A stretch of 55,869 bases of DNA, taken from assembly GCA_041624375.1 (NCBI GenBank), contig JBFJVD010000002.1, forward strand, positions 1 through 55,869, in the 5' to 3' direction. Positions 46,372 to 55,743 of this stretch are shown here, one piece after another. The position numbers and the translations under genes are program-made. Each line of letters starts with the position of its first letter. Positions within the stretch are counted from its first letter, which is position 1. This DNA comes from Anaerolineales bacterium (GTDB taxonomy: Bacteria > Chloroflexota > Anaerolineae > Anaerolineales > E44-bin32). Under the pieces are notes generated by a model. That model saw only the letters and a list, made by a program, of their open reading frames with translations. It was not told where the DNA came from and made no database searches.

Positions 46372-47945
46372 ATGGCTTGGCGCTGAACTGGAAAGGGCTG
46401 GGGAAGGGTGCGCTCGATGCCCTGAAACGATCGTCCTCGCTGCTGTTCGTCCTGGTGGCTTGGGAGGTGATGGTCCGGGTGAGCATCCTCGATCCGCGCT
46501 TCTTCCCGGCGCCGACCACTGTGTTGGTCACGCTGGGGAAGCTCTTTCTCAGCGGCGAGATGCTGATCCATATCGGGGCCAGCCTGCAGCGCGTCGTGCT
46601 CGGATTTGCCGTCGGTTCATTGCTGGGCTTGCTCCTGGGGCTGGCGATGGGCTGGTCGCGGGCGGCGGAGCAGATCCTCGATCCACTTATCGCCGTCTTC
46701 TATCCGATTCCTAAGCTGGCGCTGCTGCCCCTGATTCTGATCATCTTCGGCCTGGGTGAGGCCTCCAAGGTGGCGATCGTGGCAGTCGCCGTTTTCTTCA
46801 CGGTGGTTATTAACACGGCGGCGGGCGTGAAAATGATCGAGCCGGTTCTGCTCGATGCGGCCCGCAATTTCGGCGCGCGCGGCGTCCGCATGTTCATAAC
46901 TGTTGTGATTCCGGCCACACTGCCGGCTATCTTCACCGGCCTGCGTCTGGGCCTTGGCATCGCCCTGGTGGTGATCATCGCCGCCGAATTCGTCGCCTCG
47001 CGTAATGGACTGGGCTACATGATCTGGCTCGCGTGGGGCTCGCTCGCCACCAGCCGCATGTACGCCGGCCTGATCATGATCGGCGTCATCGGATTGCTGA
47101 CGACGAACGCGCTGCAGTGGCTGGCGGATCACCTGATGCCCTGGGAAGGCGCGGGCGAGAGCCGCGCCGCGCGCAGCTCAGGAGCGCGTCGTGAGCAAGG
47201 CCTGCGGCCCCTGCGCATCTTCCAGCAATTCGGCGAAGGGCTGTTCTCCTACACACGCCAGTACCTCTACGAGCTGCCGATGGACGCCGAGCTTCCCGTC
47301 CCGGAGCGTCCCGCCAACGGCATCGAGTTCAAGTGGATCGACCCCGCCAATGTGGACATGATCCGGCCGTGGAAAGGGTCGCTGGTGGCCCATCTCTTCC
47401 ACCGCAATTTGAACCGGGGTTTGCTCGGGATCTATGCACTGACGAACAACCAGGTGGTTGGCTATGTCTGGGGAGCACTGAAGACCGATCAATCCGCGCT
47501 CACGGCGTCTCATTTCCCCATCGAGATCGGCGACGGGTTGACTCTGGCGGCCGAGGTGCATCCGGAGTATCGCCGCCGCGGCATCGCCTCGCATCTGCGC
47601 TATACGCTCATCGAGCGGATGCGTGAATTGGGCGCCGACCTGAACATCCGCCGTGTCTGCGGCTCGGTGGTGGTCCAGAACACCCCCATTCAGAAGCTGA
47701 TCGAGCGCCAGGGTTCCGTACGCACAGAGGAATTCGTGCTGGTCCGCCTCACACCCTGGATCTACCTCCGCTGGACCTGGCCGCTCGACGGCCAGAGCCG
47801 GCGGGTCGAAGATGCGCCAGGCCAGTTCAGCGTGCGCTTTAAGGTTCCTGAAGTGCTCTCCGACCCGCTGCTCCTGCGCGTGTTCGGGCGCGGGATCGTG
47901 GTGTCGAGCAGCCTGATTCAGGCGGCGGAAGATCCGCGCGCCTGA
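46368..47945 (+). CDS. SsuC/TauC-type ABC permease fused to a C-terminal GNAT-like domain
   Basis: N-terminal permease (PIPKLALLP, LLDAARNFGA, AAEFVAS..GLG); C-terminal soluble domain with acetyl-CoA motif VHPEYRRRGIA. Confidence 0.85.
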   Translation: MNGLALNWKGLGKGALDALKRSSSLLFVLVAWEVMVRVSILDPRFFPAPTTVLVTLGKLFLSGEMLIHIGASLQRVVLGFAVGSLLGLLLGLAMGWSRAAEQILDPLIAVFYPIPKLALLPLILIIFGLGEASKVAIVAVAVFFTVVINTAAGVKMIEPVLLDAARNFGARGVRMFITVVIPATLPAIFTGLRLGLGIALVVIIAAEFVASRNGLGYMIWLAWGSLATSRMYAGLIMIGVIGLLTTNALQWLADHLMPWEGAGESRAARSSGARREQGLRPLRIFQQFGEGLFSYTRQYLYELPMDAELPVPERPANGIEFKWIDPANVDMIRPWKGSLVAHLFHRNLNRGLLGIYALTNNQVVGYVWGALKTDQSALTASHFPIEIGDGLTLAAEVHPEYRRRGIASHLRYTLIERMRELGADLNIRRVCGSVVVQNTPIQKLIERQGSVRTEEFVLVRLTPWIYLRWTWPLDGQSRRVEDAPGQFSVRFKVPEVLSDPLLLRVFGRGIVVSSSLIQAAEDPRA

Positions 47946-47964
47946 GCGATTGAACTGAGGATTC

Positions 47965-49209
47965 ATGGTACATCAACAGGATACCGTCAGCCCTCGTAAA
48001 GTAGAGGCGCAGCCCCAGCCAGCCGCTGAGGCTGAAGCTGGCCGCGTGATTGCGCACGCTTTGTGGGACGCCGGCACAGCGGTTCTCACCCATGTGCCCG
48101 GCTTCGGCGCCAATCAGGTTTTTGACGCCTTTCGAGACGTGTCGGGGATGGATCTGCCGGTCTCGTACCACGAGGAAGTCGCCTACACAATCGCCCACGG
48201 GGCAGCCCTGGTCGGCCGACGTTCGGCGGCGGTAATCAAGGCGCACGGCTTTGCCAAGGCGGCCAACAGCGCCGTCGATGCGCTGGTCGCCGGGACAACG
48301 GCCGGCTTCGTCACGCTCATCGTTGACGATCCAAAGGCCGAGCACTCGGACTGCGTATTCGACATCCAGGGCTACCTCGAAGGCCTAGGCTACCCGTATC
48401 GCCGCCTCAAAGACGGCGACCTGTATGAGCAGGTCCGTGCCGCGTTCGATTGGTCGGAGGCGCGCGCCCAGCCGGTGGCGCTGGTTCTGGAAGCGCCTGA
48501 CGTTGCGGCGACGCACGCATTCGTCCGGCGGGAGCGGGAGCAGCCGGAGCTGGCTTTTGAGCCCGACCCGACTCGCTATTACCTGCAGCCGGTTTTCGCC
48601 GCGTACCAGGCCGATGTACTCGTGGCGAAGCAGCGCGGCGAAGACTGGCGTTCCATTCCCAAGCCGGCGCTGCCGCGGATACCGGACGGCCTGCCCGAGG
48701 CCTGGCTTACGAGGATGAGCGTCTACCGGCCCTTCTTCGATGTCTTTCGTGAACTGCGAGGTGAGATCGTCACCGGTGACACCGGCGTCTCTCATCTGTT
48801 TGCCTTCCCACCCTACGACTGCTGCGACCTTTCCACGTATATGGGCGGGAGCGTCCCGCTGGCGATCGGCGCCCATCTGGCCGGCTATCGCGATGTTTGG
48901 GCTTTGATCGGGGATTTCGCCTTCGTATCCGCCGGCCATCTGGCGCTGGCCGAGGCGTTGCAGCGCAGGACGCCGATCAAAGTGGTGGTGTTCTACAACG
49001 GGCGCGCCGCAGGTACCGGGGGTCAGCCGGTGTCCGAAGTTGTCTGGAATTCCGTCCTCGCCGGTTACCAGGATGCCGTACGAGTCATTCATGACGGACT
49101 GGATCGGACCGAGATCCACGCGGCGCTTGAGGCGGCCGCCGCGGCGGAGTCGCTACAGATCATTGTGCTCGATGTGCGCGGCGCGGAGCCGCGGGCCTGG
49201 AAGGACTAG
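47965..49209 (+). CDS. ThDP-dependent enzyme related to IorA, shortened and lacking Fe-S motifs
   Basis: PYR domain (HEEVAYTIAHGA..GRRS...K, DDP..HS); ThDP motif GDFAF...N..AGTGGQP; no ferredoxin domain; no iorB neighbour. Confidence 0.75.
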   Translation: MVHQQDTVSPRKVEAQPQPAAEAEAGRVIAHALWDAGTAVLTHVPGFGANQVFDAFRDVSGMDLPVSYHEEVAYTIAHGAALVGRRSAAVIKAHGFAKAANSAVDALVAGTTAGFVTLIVDDPKAEHSDCVFDIQGYLEGLGYPYRRLKDGDLYEQVRAAFDWSEARAQPVALVLEAPDVAATHAFVRREREQPELAFEPDPTRYYLQPVFAAYQADVLVAKQRGEDWRSIPKPALPRIPDGLPEAWLTRMSVYRPFFDVFRELRGEIVTGDTGVSHLFAFPPYDCCDLSTYMGGSVPLAIGAHLAGYRDVWALIGDFAFVSAGHLALAEALQRRTPIKVVVFYNGRAAGTGGQPVSEVVWNSVLAGYQDAVRVIHDGLDRTEIHAALEAAAAAESLQIIVLDVRGAEPRAWKD

Positions 49210-49427
49210 ACCGCAGGCCGGATAGGAGCTTCTGACTCAGATCTGATTTTGCCGTTATGCCCGAGTTTGAAATCGCACGTCCGCCGCGCTGGAGGGGCGA
49301 GGGGACAGCGGGAAAGGATGGTCGATTGCGGATCACTGAAGCACGGGATGCGTTGTCCTCATCCGCCGTTTGAACGGGAGAGAAGAAACGGGTTTGATGA
49401 GCCAATCAAACCCCACGGAGGAAATTG

Positions 49428-50492
49428 ATGACCAAGAAACTGATCTTCGGATTGAACCTGCTGATGGCGCTCTCGCTGATCCTGAGCGCCTGCGGCGCAG
49501 CAACGGAGGAGCCGCCCGAGGTGCCCGACCTGGGCACGATCAACGTCGGCTATCTGCCGATCATCGCCTTCACCCCGCTGTTCGTCGCCCAGGAGAAGGG
49601 CTACTTCGCTGAGCAGGGGCTCACCGTCGAGATGCAGTCGTTCCGCACCGGCGATGACATGATCGCCCCGCTGAGCCTGGGGCAGCTGGACGTCGGCGGC
49701 GGTGAGACCGGACCGGCGCTGTTCAACGCCATCAACCAGGACCTTGACGTGAGAGTGGTCTCCGCCAATGCGCGCCAGACCGAAGGCCACGGCGCGGTGC
49801 CGCTCGTGGTACGCACCGAGCTGCTGTCCTCAGGCCAGGTCTCTTCCGTCGCTGATCTTGCCGGGCTCAAGGTGGCGGTGAACGTCGAGCGCGGCATGGC
49901 CGAGTACCTGCTCTCGAAGGCACTGGAGCAGGGCGGACTGGCACTGGAAGATGTCGAGGTGATCACGATCCCCTTCCCCGAGATGCCGCAGGCGCTGGCA
50001 AACGCTGCGGTAGACGCGGCCATCCTGCCGCATCCGCTGGCATCAGCCGCGTTGCGGCCGGGTGAGGGCGGCGAACCGCCGATCGGCGGCGTGCTGATCG
50101 AAGGCGACAAGATCGCCGATGGGCCGCAGAACGGAGTTACGTACTACGGCGCTCGTTTCCTGGATCCGGCGAACCGCGAGGTGGCGGTTCGGTTTATGAT
50201 GGCCCTGCTGAAGGCCGGCCGCGAAATGGTGGGCGAGGAGTGGCGCCAGGATGATGTGATCATCCAGGCCATCCTCAGCTTCACGACCGTTCCTGAGCCG
50301 GCGGCGCGCAACGCCATCGTGTACTTCTTCGATCCGAACGGTGAAATCTTTCGGCCGAGTACGGAAGACATCCAGGCCTATCACGTCGGTCGCGGCTACA
50401 CGGAGTTCGACACGCCGCTCCCGCTTGATCAGGTCATCGACGATTCCTTCCTCCAGGAGGCCCTGGATCGGCTCGGACGCGTCGACAGTTAG
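49428..50492 (+). CDS. SsuA/THI5-family ABC substrate-binding lipoprotein
   Basis: Lipobox LSAC; PLFVAQEKGYFAEQGL, SVADLAGLKVA, LANAAVDAA. Confidence 0.9.
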   Translation: MTKKLIFGLNLLMALSLILSACGAATEEPPEVPDLGTINVGYLPIIAFTPLFVAQEKGYFAEQGLTVEMQSFRTGDDMIAPLSLGQLDVGGGETGPALFNAINQDLDVRVVSANARQTEGHGAVPLVVRTELLSSGQVSSVADLAGLKVAVNVERGMAEYLLSKALEQGGLALEDVEVITIPFPEMPQALANAAVDAAILPHPLASAALRPGEGGEPPIGGVLIEGDKIADGPQNGVTYYGARFLDPANREVAVRFMMALLKAGREMVGEEWRQDDVIIQAILSFTTVPEPAARNAIVYFFDPNGEIFRPSTEDIQAYHVGRGYTEFDTPLPLDQVIDDSFLQEALDRLGRVDS

Positions 50493-50522
50493 CGTTTGCT
50501 CGTAGGACACGGAGGGAGAAAG

Positions 50523-50554
50523 GATGGAGGGGGTGCGGCCGCACCCCCTCCATC
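50523..50554. repeat. Perfect 32-bp palindrome after the SBP gene (mRNA stem-loop)
   Basis: GATGGAGGGGGTGCGG|CCGCACCCCCTCCATC. Confidence 0.75.
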
Positions 50555-50629
50555 ACCCAGTCGATCCCAGCGGCGGCTCGATAGCAGGCGGAGCGTTCGC
50601 CCAAGGATTCGACCGTGAGGAGGCAGGAC

Positions 50630-52168
50630 ATGGTTCAGCAGGACACGATGGAAGAAAAACGCCCACCGGCACTGGAAGTCCGGGATTATCAGCATTTCAT
50701 TCATGGTGAGTGGGTGGATTCGACCTCGGATGCGCGAATCGACCTGCTGAATCCGGCGACCGAAGAGAAGATCGGGACCATCCCGGAAGGTACGAAGGAA
50801 GACGTCGACCGGGCCGTCCAGGCGGCGCAGGAAGCCCACGCCCGCGGTGAGTGGCGCAAGATGGCGGTCGCCGACCGGTCGCGCATTATCCGCCGCGTCG
50901 GTGAAATCATGATGCAGCGCAAAGACGAGATCGCCGTCGCCGAAACCACCGACCAGGGGCGCTCGATCCGCCAGAGCATGGGGATGATGGTCCCGCTGGC
51001 GGCCAACGCCTGGGATTTCTTCGCCAGCGCCCTGATGACCTTCCATGGTGCTGCGGTTCGCCCTGTTCCCTGGGCCTCGGGCTATACGATGTACCAGCCC
51101 ATCGGCGTTGTGGGGGCGATTACGCCTGCCAATGTGCCGCTCGTGCTGGGCAGCGAGAAGCTGGCCCCGGCGCTTTCCGCCGGCAACTGCGTGGTCTTCA
51201 AGCCGCCGCCGGAGTGCCCGGTGTCTTCGGTGAAGATGGTGGAGTGCATCATCGAAGCCGGCGTCCCGGAAGGGGTCATCAACCTGGTCCTCGGCGACGG
51301 CCCGACGGTGGGTCAGGCGATGGGTGAGCATCCCGGGATCCAGATGATCGCCTTCACCGGCTCGACTAAGGTCGGCAAGCTGCTCATGCAGCAGGGTTCC
51401 GTGAATGTGAAGCGGCTGCTGCTCGAACTGGGCGGCAAGGCACCACAGGTCGTATTCGCCGATGCAGACCTCGACGGGGCCGTCGAAGGCGCGATGTGGG
51501 GTGCATATCTGAACGGCGGCCAGATCTGCATGGCCACCACCCGGATTCTGGTCCAGGACCCGGCTTATGAGGAATTCATCGACAAGTTTGTTGCCAAATC
51601 GCAGAAGCTCCGGCTGGGACCGGGTCTGAATCCTGAGAACGATCTTGGGCCGATGGTGAGCACCCGAATCCGCGACCGGGTCGAAGGCTACATCCAGGAA
51701 GGGATCGATGGGGGCGCGACGATGCTGACCGGAGGCATCCTTGAACGTGAAGGGCCCTTTGCGAAGGGTTTCTGGGTCCAGCCGACGGTCTTCGCCGACG
51801 CCACCTCCGAGATGAGCATTGTGCGCGATGAGATCTTCGGTCCGGTGCCGGTGATCCAGCGCTTCGTGAACCGTGAAGATGCCATTCGAATGGCGAACGA
51901 CACTCCCTACGGCCTGACCGGTTCGGTGTGGACCAACGATTTGTACACCGCCCTGGACATGGCCGATGCGGTCGAGGCCGGCTACGTCTGGCTCAACGAC
52001 CATCTCATTCGCGCCCCCGGGCTGCCTTTCGGCGGCTGGAAGCAGTCGGGGTTCGGCCGCGAGGCCGCTGCGCAGACGCTGGCGGAGTTCAGCCAGACCA
52101 AATCTGTGTTCTTCGATCGGACGGCGATGAGTTTCAAGCCGCGCTACAAGCTGGTCTATCCCGGCTGA
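50630..52168 (+). CDS. Aldehyde dehydrogenase
   Basis: FTGS, ELGGK, NGGQIC catalytic Cys, EIFGP, PFGGWKQSG; atypical PANVP in place of PWNxP. Confidence 0.93.
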   Translation: MVQQDTMEEKRPPALEVRDYQHFIHGEWVDSTSDARIDLLNPATEEKIGTIPEGTKEDVDRAVQAAQEAHARGEWRKMAVADRSRIIRRVGEIMMQRKDEIAVAETTDQGRSIRQSMGMMVPLAANAWDFFASALMTFHGAAVRPVPWASGYTMYQPIGVVGAITPANVPLVLGSEKLAPALSAGNCVVFKPPPECPVSSVKMVECIIEAGVPEGVINLVLGDGPTVGQAMGEHPGIQMIAFTGSTKVGKLLMQQGSVNVKRLLLELGGKAPQVVFADADLDGAVEGAMWGAYLNGGQICMATTRILVQDPAYEEFIDKFVAKSQKLRLGPGLNPENDLGPMVSTRIRDRVEGYIQEGIDGGATMLTGGILEREGPFAKGFWVQPTVFADATSEMSIVRDEIFGPVPVIQRFVNREDAIRMANDTPYGLTGSVWTNDLYTALDMADAVEAGYVWLNDHLIRAPGLPFGGWKQSGFGREAAAQTLAEFSQTKSVFFDRTAMSFKPRYKLVYPG

Positions 52169-52253
52169 GCGAGCCGTGCCGGTTTCGGTGGAGGTAGCGG
52201 CCTGCCGTCAGCAAGATCAGGTGAGAAGGCAGGCCGGGAAACGAGTTTCGCAA

Positions 52254-53009
52254 GTGGACATTGTCAAAGCGCCAACAGCCCTCGACCTCGAGCCGCAAGT
52301 CCTGGTGGTCATACCGGCGTTCAACGAAGAGGGCAGCATCGCCAACGTGGTCCAGCAGGTCCGCAAGGAAGGCCTTGGGATCGTGCTGGTGGTCGATGAC
52401 GGCTCGGAAGATGAGACGGCCCGTGCGGCGGCGCAGGCCGGCGCCCATGTGCTTCGCCTGCCCTACAACCTCGGCATTGGGGGCGCGGTTCAGGCCGGCT
52501 TCAAGTACGCCGTGGACCTGGGCTTCGAGTACGTCGTGCGCCTTGACGGCGACGGGCAGCATCGAGTCGAGGAAGTCCGGCATTTGCTGGCGCCGGTCCG
52601 GCGCGGCGAGGTCGATGTGGCGATCGGTTCGCGCTTCTTGCCGGGCCAGCATACCTACAGTCCGCCGCGGGCCCGCGCCCTGGGCATCCGCTGGTTTGCG
52701 CGCTTGGTCAGCTGGTTCGTGCGCCAGCCGACCTACGATCCCACCTCGGGGATGCAGGCCTTGAATCGACGGGCGACCAAGGTGCTGGCCGAAAACTACC
52801 CGCAGGACTACCCGGAGGTGGAAGCGCGCGTCCTGCTGGGGAAAGCAAAACTGCGTGTACAAGAAGTCAGGGTGATGATGGAACCGCGGCGGACAGGGGC
52901 GTCGTCGATCACCTACCTGCGCTCCATCTACTATGCGTTCAAAGTCACCCTGGCGACCTTTTTGGCAGCCCTGCGAGAGCCGCCACGACGGCGGAACGGG
53001 AGGACCTAA
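52254..53009 (+). CDS. Glycosyltransferase family 2 (polyprenol-phosphate sugar synthase-like)
   Basis: IPAFNEE, VVDDGSED, NLGIGGA, DGDGQH, GSRF, DPTSG; start uncertain. Confidence 0.92.
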   Translation: MDIVKAPTALDLEPQVLVVIPAFNEEGSIANVVQQVRKEGLGIVLVVDDGSEDETARAAAQAGAHVLRLPYNLGIGGAVQAGFKYAVDLGFEYVVRLDGDGQHRVEEVRHLLAPVRRGEVDVAIGSRFLPGQHTYSPPRARALGIRWFARLVSWFVRQPTYDPTSGMQALNRRATKVLAENYPQDYPEVEARVLLGKAKLRVQEVRVMMEPRRTGASSITYLRSIYYAFKVTLATFLAALREPPRRRNGRT

Positions 53010-53956
53010 TGCAGCTTCGACTTCAAATCCTGGTCCTGTTGGCGAGCATCGGGCTGATCCTGCTCGTGCTCGAGCTCATTCGCCGCGGACGCCTGCGCGA
53101 GGAGTACTCGCTGATTTGGCTGCTCGGTGGCGTAATCATCTTCATCATGGCGCTTTTCCGTGGCTCGCTCCAGCTGTTGGCCGGGCTGGTGCAGATCGAA
53201 TACGGCCCTTCGCTCATCTTCATGGTCGGGATTGTTCTGCTGGCCGTGATTCAGCTGTTCCAGACGGTCACTATTTCCAGGCTTACTTCGCACAACCGGG
53301 ATCTGGCGCAGAAGCTGGCGATCCTCGAGTTGCGGCAGCGCAATCTGATGGGTGAGGTGGCGCCGCAGATGATGGCGGCGCTCTCCCGCCTTTCGCAGGA
53401 GCGGCTGCTCGCACTCGGACAGGGGCTGCAAGAGGCGATCGACGTGCACGGCTTTCTGCGCCACGCGCTGCAGCTATCGCTCGCGAGCCTCGGCGCCTCG
53501 AGTGGCAGCATCTTGATCCTGGATGAGAACGGCAATCCGATCGAGGGCGCACTTGCGTACGGCGATGAGGAGCCATCTTACGAAGACCACAAACTGGAAG
53601 ACACCGTTGTCCAAGGGCTGGCCGGCTGGGTGGTCCGCAATCGGCAGCCGGCGCTGGTGATCAGCACGCGGGACGATTCTCGCTGGCTGAAGCGGCCGTG
53701 GGACGATACCAACGGCAGCTCGCGATCGGCGATGAGCGTTCCGCTGCTCGCGGGCGACAAAGTGCTCGGTGTGCTCACGCTTTCGCACCCGCAGGCAAGG
53801 CGCTTCTCTGAAAACGATCTGGCGCTGCTGATGGCGATCGCCACCGTTGTGTCGCTGCAGGGTGGAAAGGTGCTGCGCCCGTCATCCGAGCCGGCTGAGG
53901 ATCTGGAATTGGCGGTCGACGAGGAAGTTCGGGATCTATCGACAACGCAGGGTTAG
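53009..53956 (+). CDS. DUF2304-like membrane protein fused to a GAF domain
   Basis: N-terminal 3-TM RRGRLREEYSLIW...LAQKLA; C-terminal GAF (GLAGWV..NRQP, SAMSVPL, FSENDLALL). Confidence 0.8.
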   Translation: MQLRLQILVLLASIGLILLVLELIRRGRLREEYSLIWLLGGVIIFIMALFRGSLQLLAGLVQIEYGPSLIFMVGIVLLAVIQLFQTVTISRLTSHNRDLAQKLAILELRQRNLMGEVAPQMMAALSRLSQERLLALGQGLQEAIDVHGFLRHALQLSLASLGASSGSILILDENGNPIEGALAYGDEEPSYEDHKLEDTVVQGLAGWVVRNRQPALVISTRDDSRWLKRPWDDTNGSSRSAMSVPLLAGDKVLGVLTLSHPQARRFSENDLALLMAIATVVSLQGGKVLRPSSEPAEDLELAVDEEVRDLSTTQG

Positions 53957-54054
53957 CTGCCGGTGGTGCGGCGGCGTTTCCGCGTCGGGCGGGCACTCGC
54001 CGGTGGGCGCCGCAGAAGCAAGCCGGATATCAAAGGTAGCGTAAAGAGGGTGTT

Positions 54055-55743
54055 ATGGGTTTGGAGAAGCACTATAAGGTACTGGTCATTGGCCTCGATG
54101 GGGCCACCTACGACCTGATCAAACCATGGGCTGAGCAGGGCAAGCTGCCGACGATCCAGCGGCTGCTCAAGGAAGGGGCAGCGGGCGAATTGGAGAGCAC
54201 GGTCCCGCCTATGACGGCTCCCGCCTGGACCTCCTTCATGACCGGCATGAACCCGGGCAAGCACGGCCTGTACGATTGGATCTACCGGCACCGTCACAGC
54301 TATGACGTTTCGCCGGTCACGGCGGAGCATTGCCAGGAGCCGCCGCTCTGGCGCATCCTGAGTCATGCGGATCGGCGTGTGTGTTTGATCAATATCCCCA
54401 TGACTTTTCCGCCACAGCCGGTCAACGGTTTGCTGATTTCCGGTATGCCAGCCCCGTCCAAGAAGGTGACCATCACCTTCCCATCGAATCTGCTGAGCCA
54501 GCTGGAAGCGGAGCTCGGGGAGTATTTGCTGTACCCGGATCCGGGTCAGGCATACTCCGACTCGGGGGTGGATGAGTTCATCGACCGGCTCTATCGCACC
54601 ACCGAGATGCGCTTGAAAGTCCTCCACCACCTCCGCGCTCGTGAAGACTGGGATTTCTGCATGCTGGTCTTCAACGGTACGGATACCGTGCAGCATGCGA
54701 TGTGGAAATATATGGACTCCCAGCACCCGCTGCATGATCCGGCCAAAGCAGAGAAGTATGGCGACGCCATCCTGGCGTACTTCCAGTACGTCGATCGGGC
54801 GCTCGGCGAGATTGCCGATTCGCTCGACGAGCAGACCGTGCTGATGCTGATGTCGGACCACGGCTTTGGTCCGTTCCACAAGTTCATCCATGTCAACAAC
54901 TGGCTGCGTCAGGAGGGTTTCCTGAAGATCCGCCGCCGCCCCTGGTCGATGTTCAAGGCTGGGCTCTTCCGGCTTGGTTTTGCGCCGATGGCGATCTACA
55001 ACTTCCTCATGCGCTTCGGCTTTGGCAGGCTCAAGCGCGAAGTGGTCCGCGGTCAGGGACAAGGACTGCTGAAGACACTGTTCCTTTCCTTCGGCGATGT
55101 GGACTGGCCGCGCACGCAGGCTTATTCCCTCGGGAACGTCGGTCAGATCCGGATCAATGTGCGCGGGCGCGAGCCTCAGGGACGAGTCGAGCCCGGCGAG
55201 ACCTACGAGGCGGTTCGGGAAGAGATCATCGCCCGGCTCAAAGAGCTGCGCGACCCGCAGACCGGCGAAGCGGTCGTGCAGGAAATCTACCGGCGGGAGG
55301 AAATCTACAGCGGCAAGAATCTGGAAGAAGCCTCCGACATCGTCTTCATCCCGACGCGCATGGAGTACTTCGGCTTTGGCGAATACGAGTTCGGCTCCAA
55401 CCAGGTGATCGAACAGATGCGCCGTGGGATCTCCGGGACGCATCGCCCGAATGGGATGTTCCTGCTGTGGGGGCCGCCGGTCAAAAAAGGGACTTGGCAC
55501 GATAACGCGCAGATCATCGACCTTGCACCCACGATCCTGCACCTGCTCGGTGAGTCGGTCCCGTCCAATATGGACGGCAGTGTGCTTGAAGCGGCGTTTG
55601 CTGCGGATCTGGGGCCGGTGCGCGTCATCGACACGGAAGAGCAGACGCGCGCGGACGAGGCGGATGGGACGGGCGAAGGACTCTCCAGCGAAGAAAAGGA
55701 GATCATCGTCAAACGCCTGCGCGATATGGGGTACGTCGGCTGA
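54055..55743 (+). CDS. Alkaline phosphatase superfamily protein (NPP-like, second paralogue)
   Basis: VIGLDGAT, PPMTAPAWTSFMTG, DTVQH, SDHGF, GTHRPNG, C-terminal RLRDMGY. Confidence 0.9.
   Translation: MGLEKHYKVLVIGLDGATYDLIKPWAEQGKLPTIQRLLKEGAAGELESTVPPMTAPAWTSFMTGMNPGKHGLYDWIYRHRHSYDVSPVTAEHCQEPPLWRILSHADRRVCLINIPMTFPPQPVNGLLISGMPAPSKKVTITFPSNLLSQLEAELGEYLLYPDPGQAYSDSGVDEFIDRLYRTTEMRLKVLHHLRAREDWDFCMLVFNGTDTVQHAMWKYMDSQHPLHDPAKAEKYGDAILAYFQYVDRALGEIADSLDEQTVLMLMSDHGFGPFHKFIHVNNWLRQEGFLKIRRRPWSMFKAGLFRLGFAPMAIYNFLMRFGFGRLKREVVRGQGQGLLKTLFLSFGDVDWPRTQAYSLGNVGQIRINVRGREPQGRVEPGETYEAVREEIIARLKELRDPQTGEAVVQEIYRREEIYSGKNLEEASDIVFIPTRMEYFGFGEYEFGSNQVIEQMRRGISGTHRPNGMFLLWGPPVKKGTWHDNAQIIDLAPTILHLLGESVPSNMDGSVLEAAFAADLGPVRVIDTEEQTRADEADGTGEGLSSEEKEIIVKRLRDMGYVG

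Noticed and set aside
47965-50650. Similar N-termini MVHQQDT (ThDP enzyme) and MVQQDT (ALDH) as a shared targeting tag
   Set aside because: Too short to distinguish from chance, and no microcompartment or encapsulin genes are in the window.
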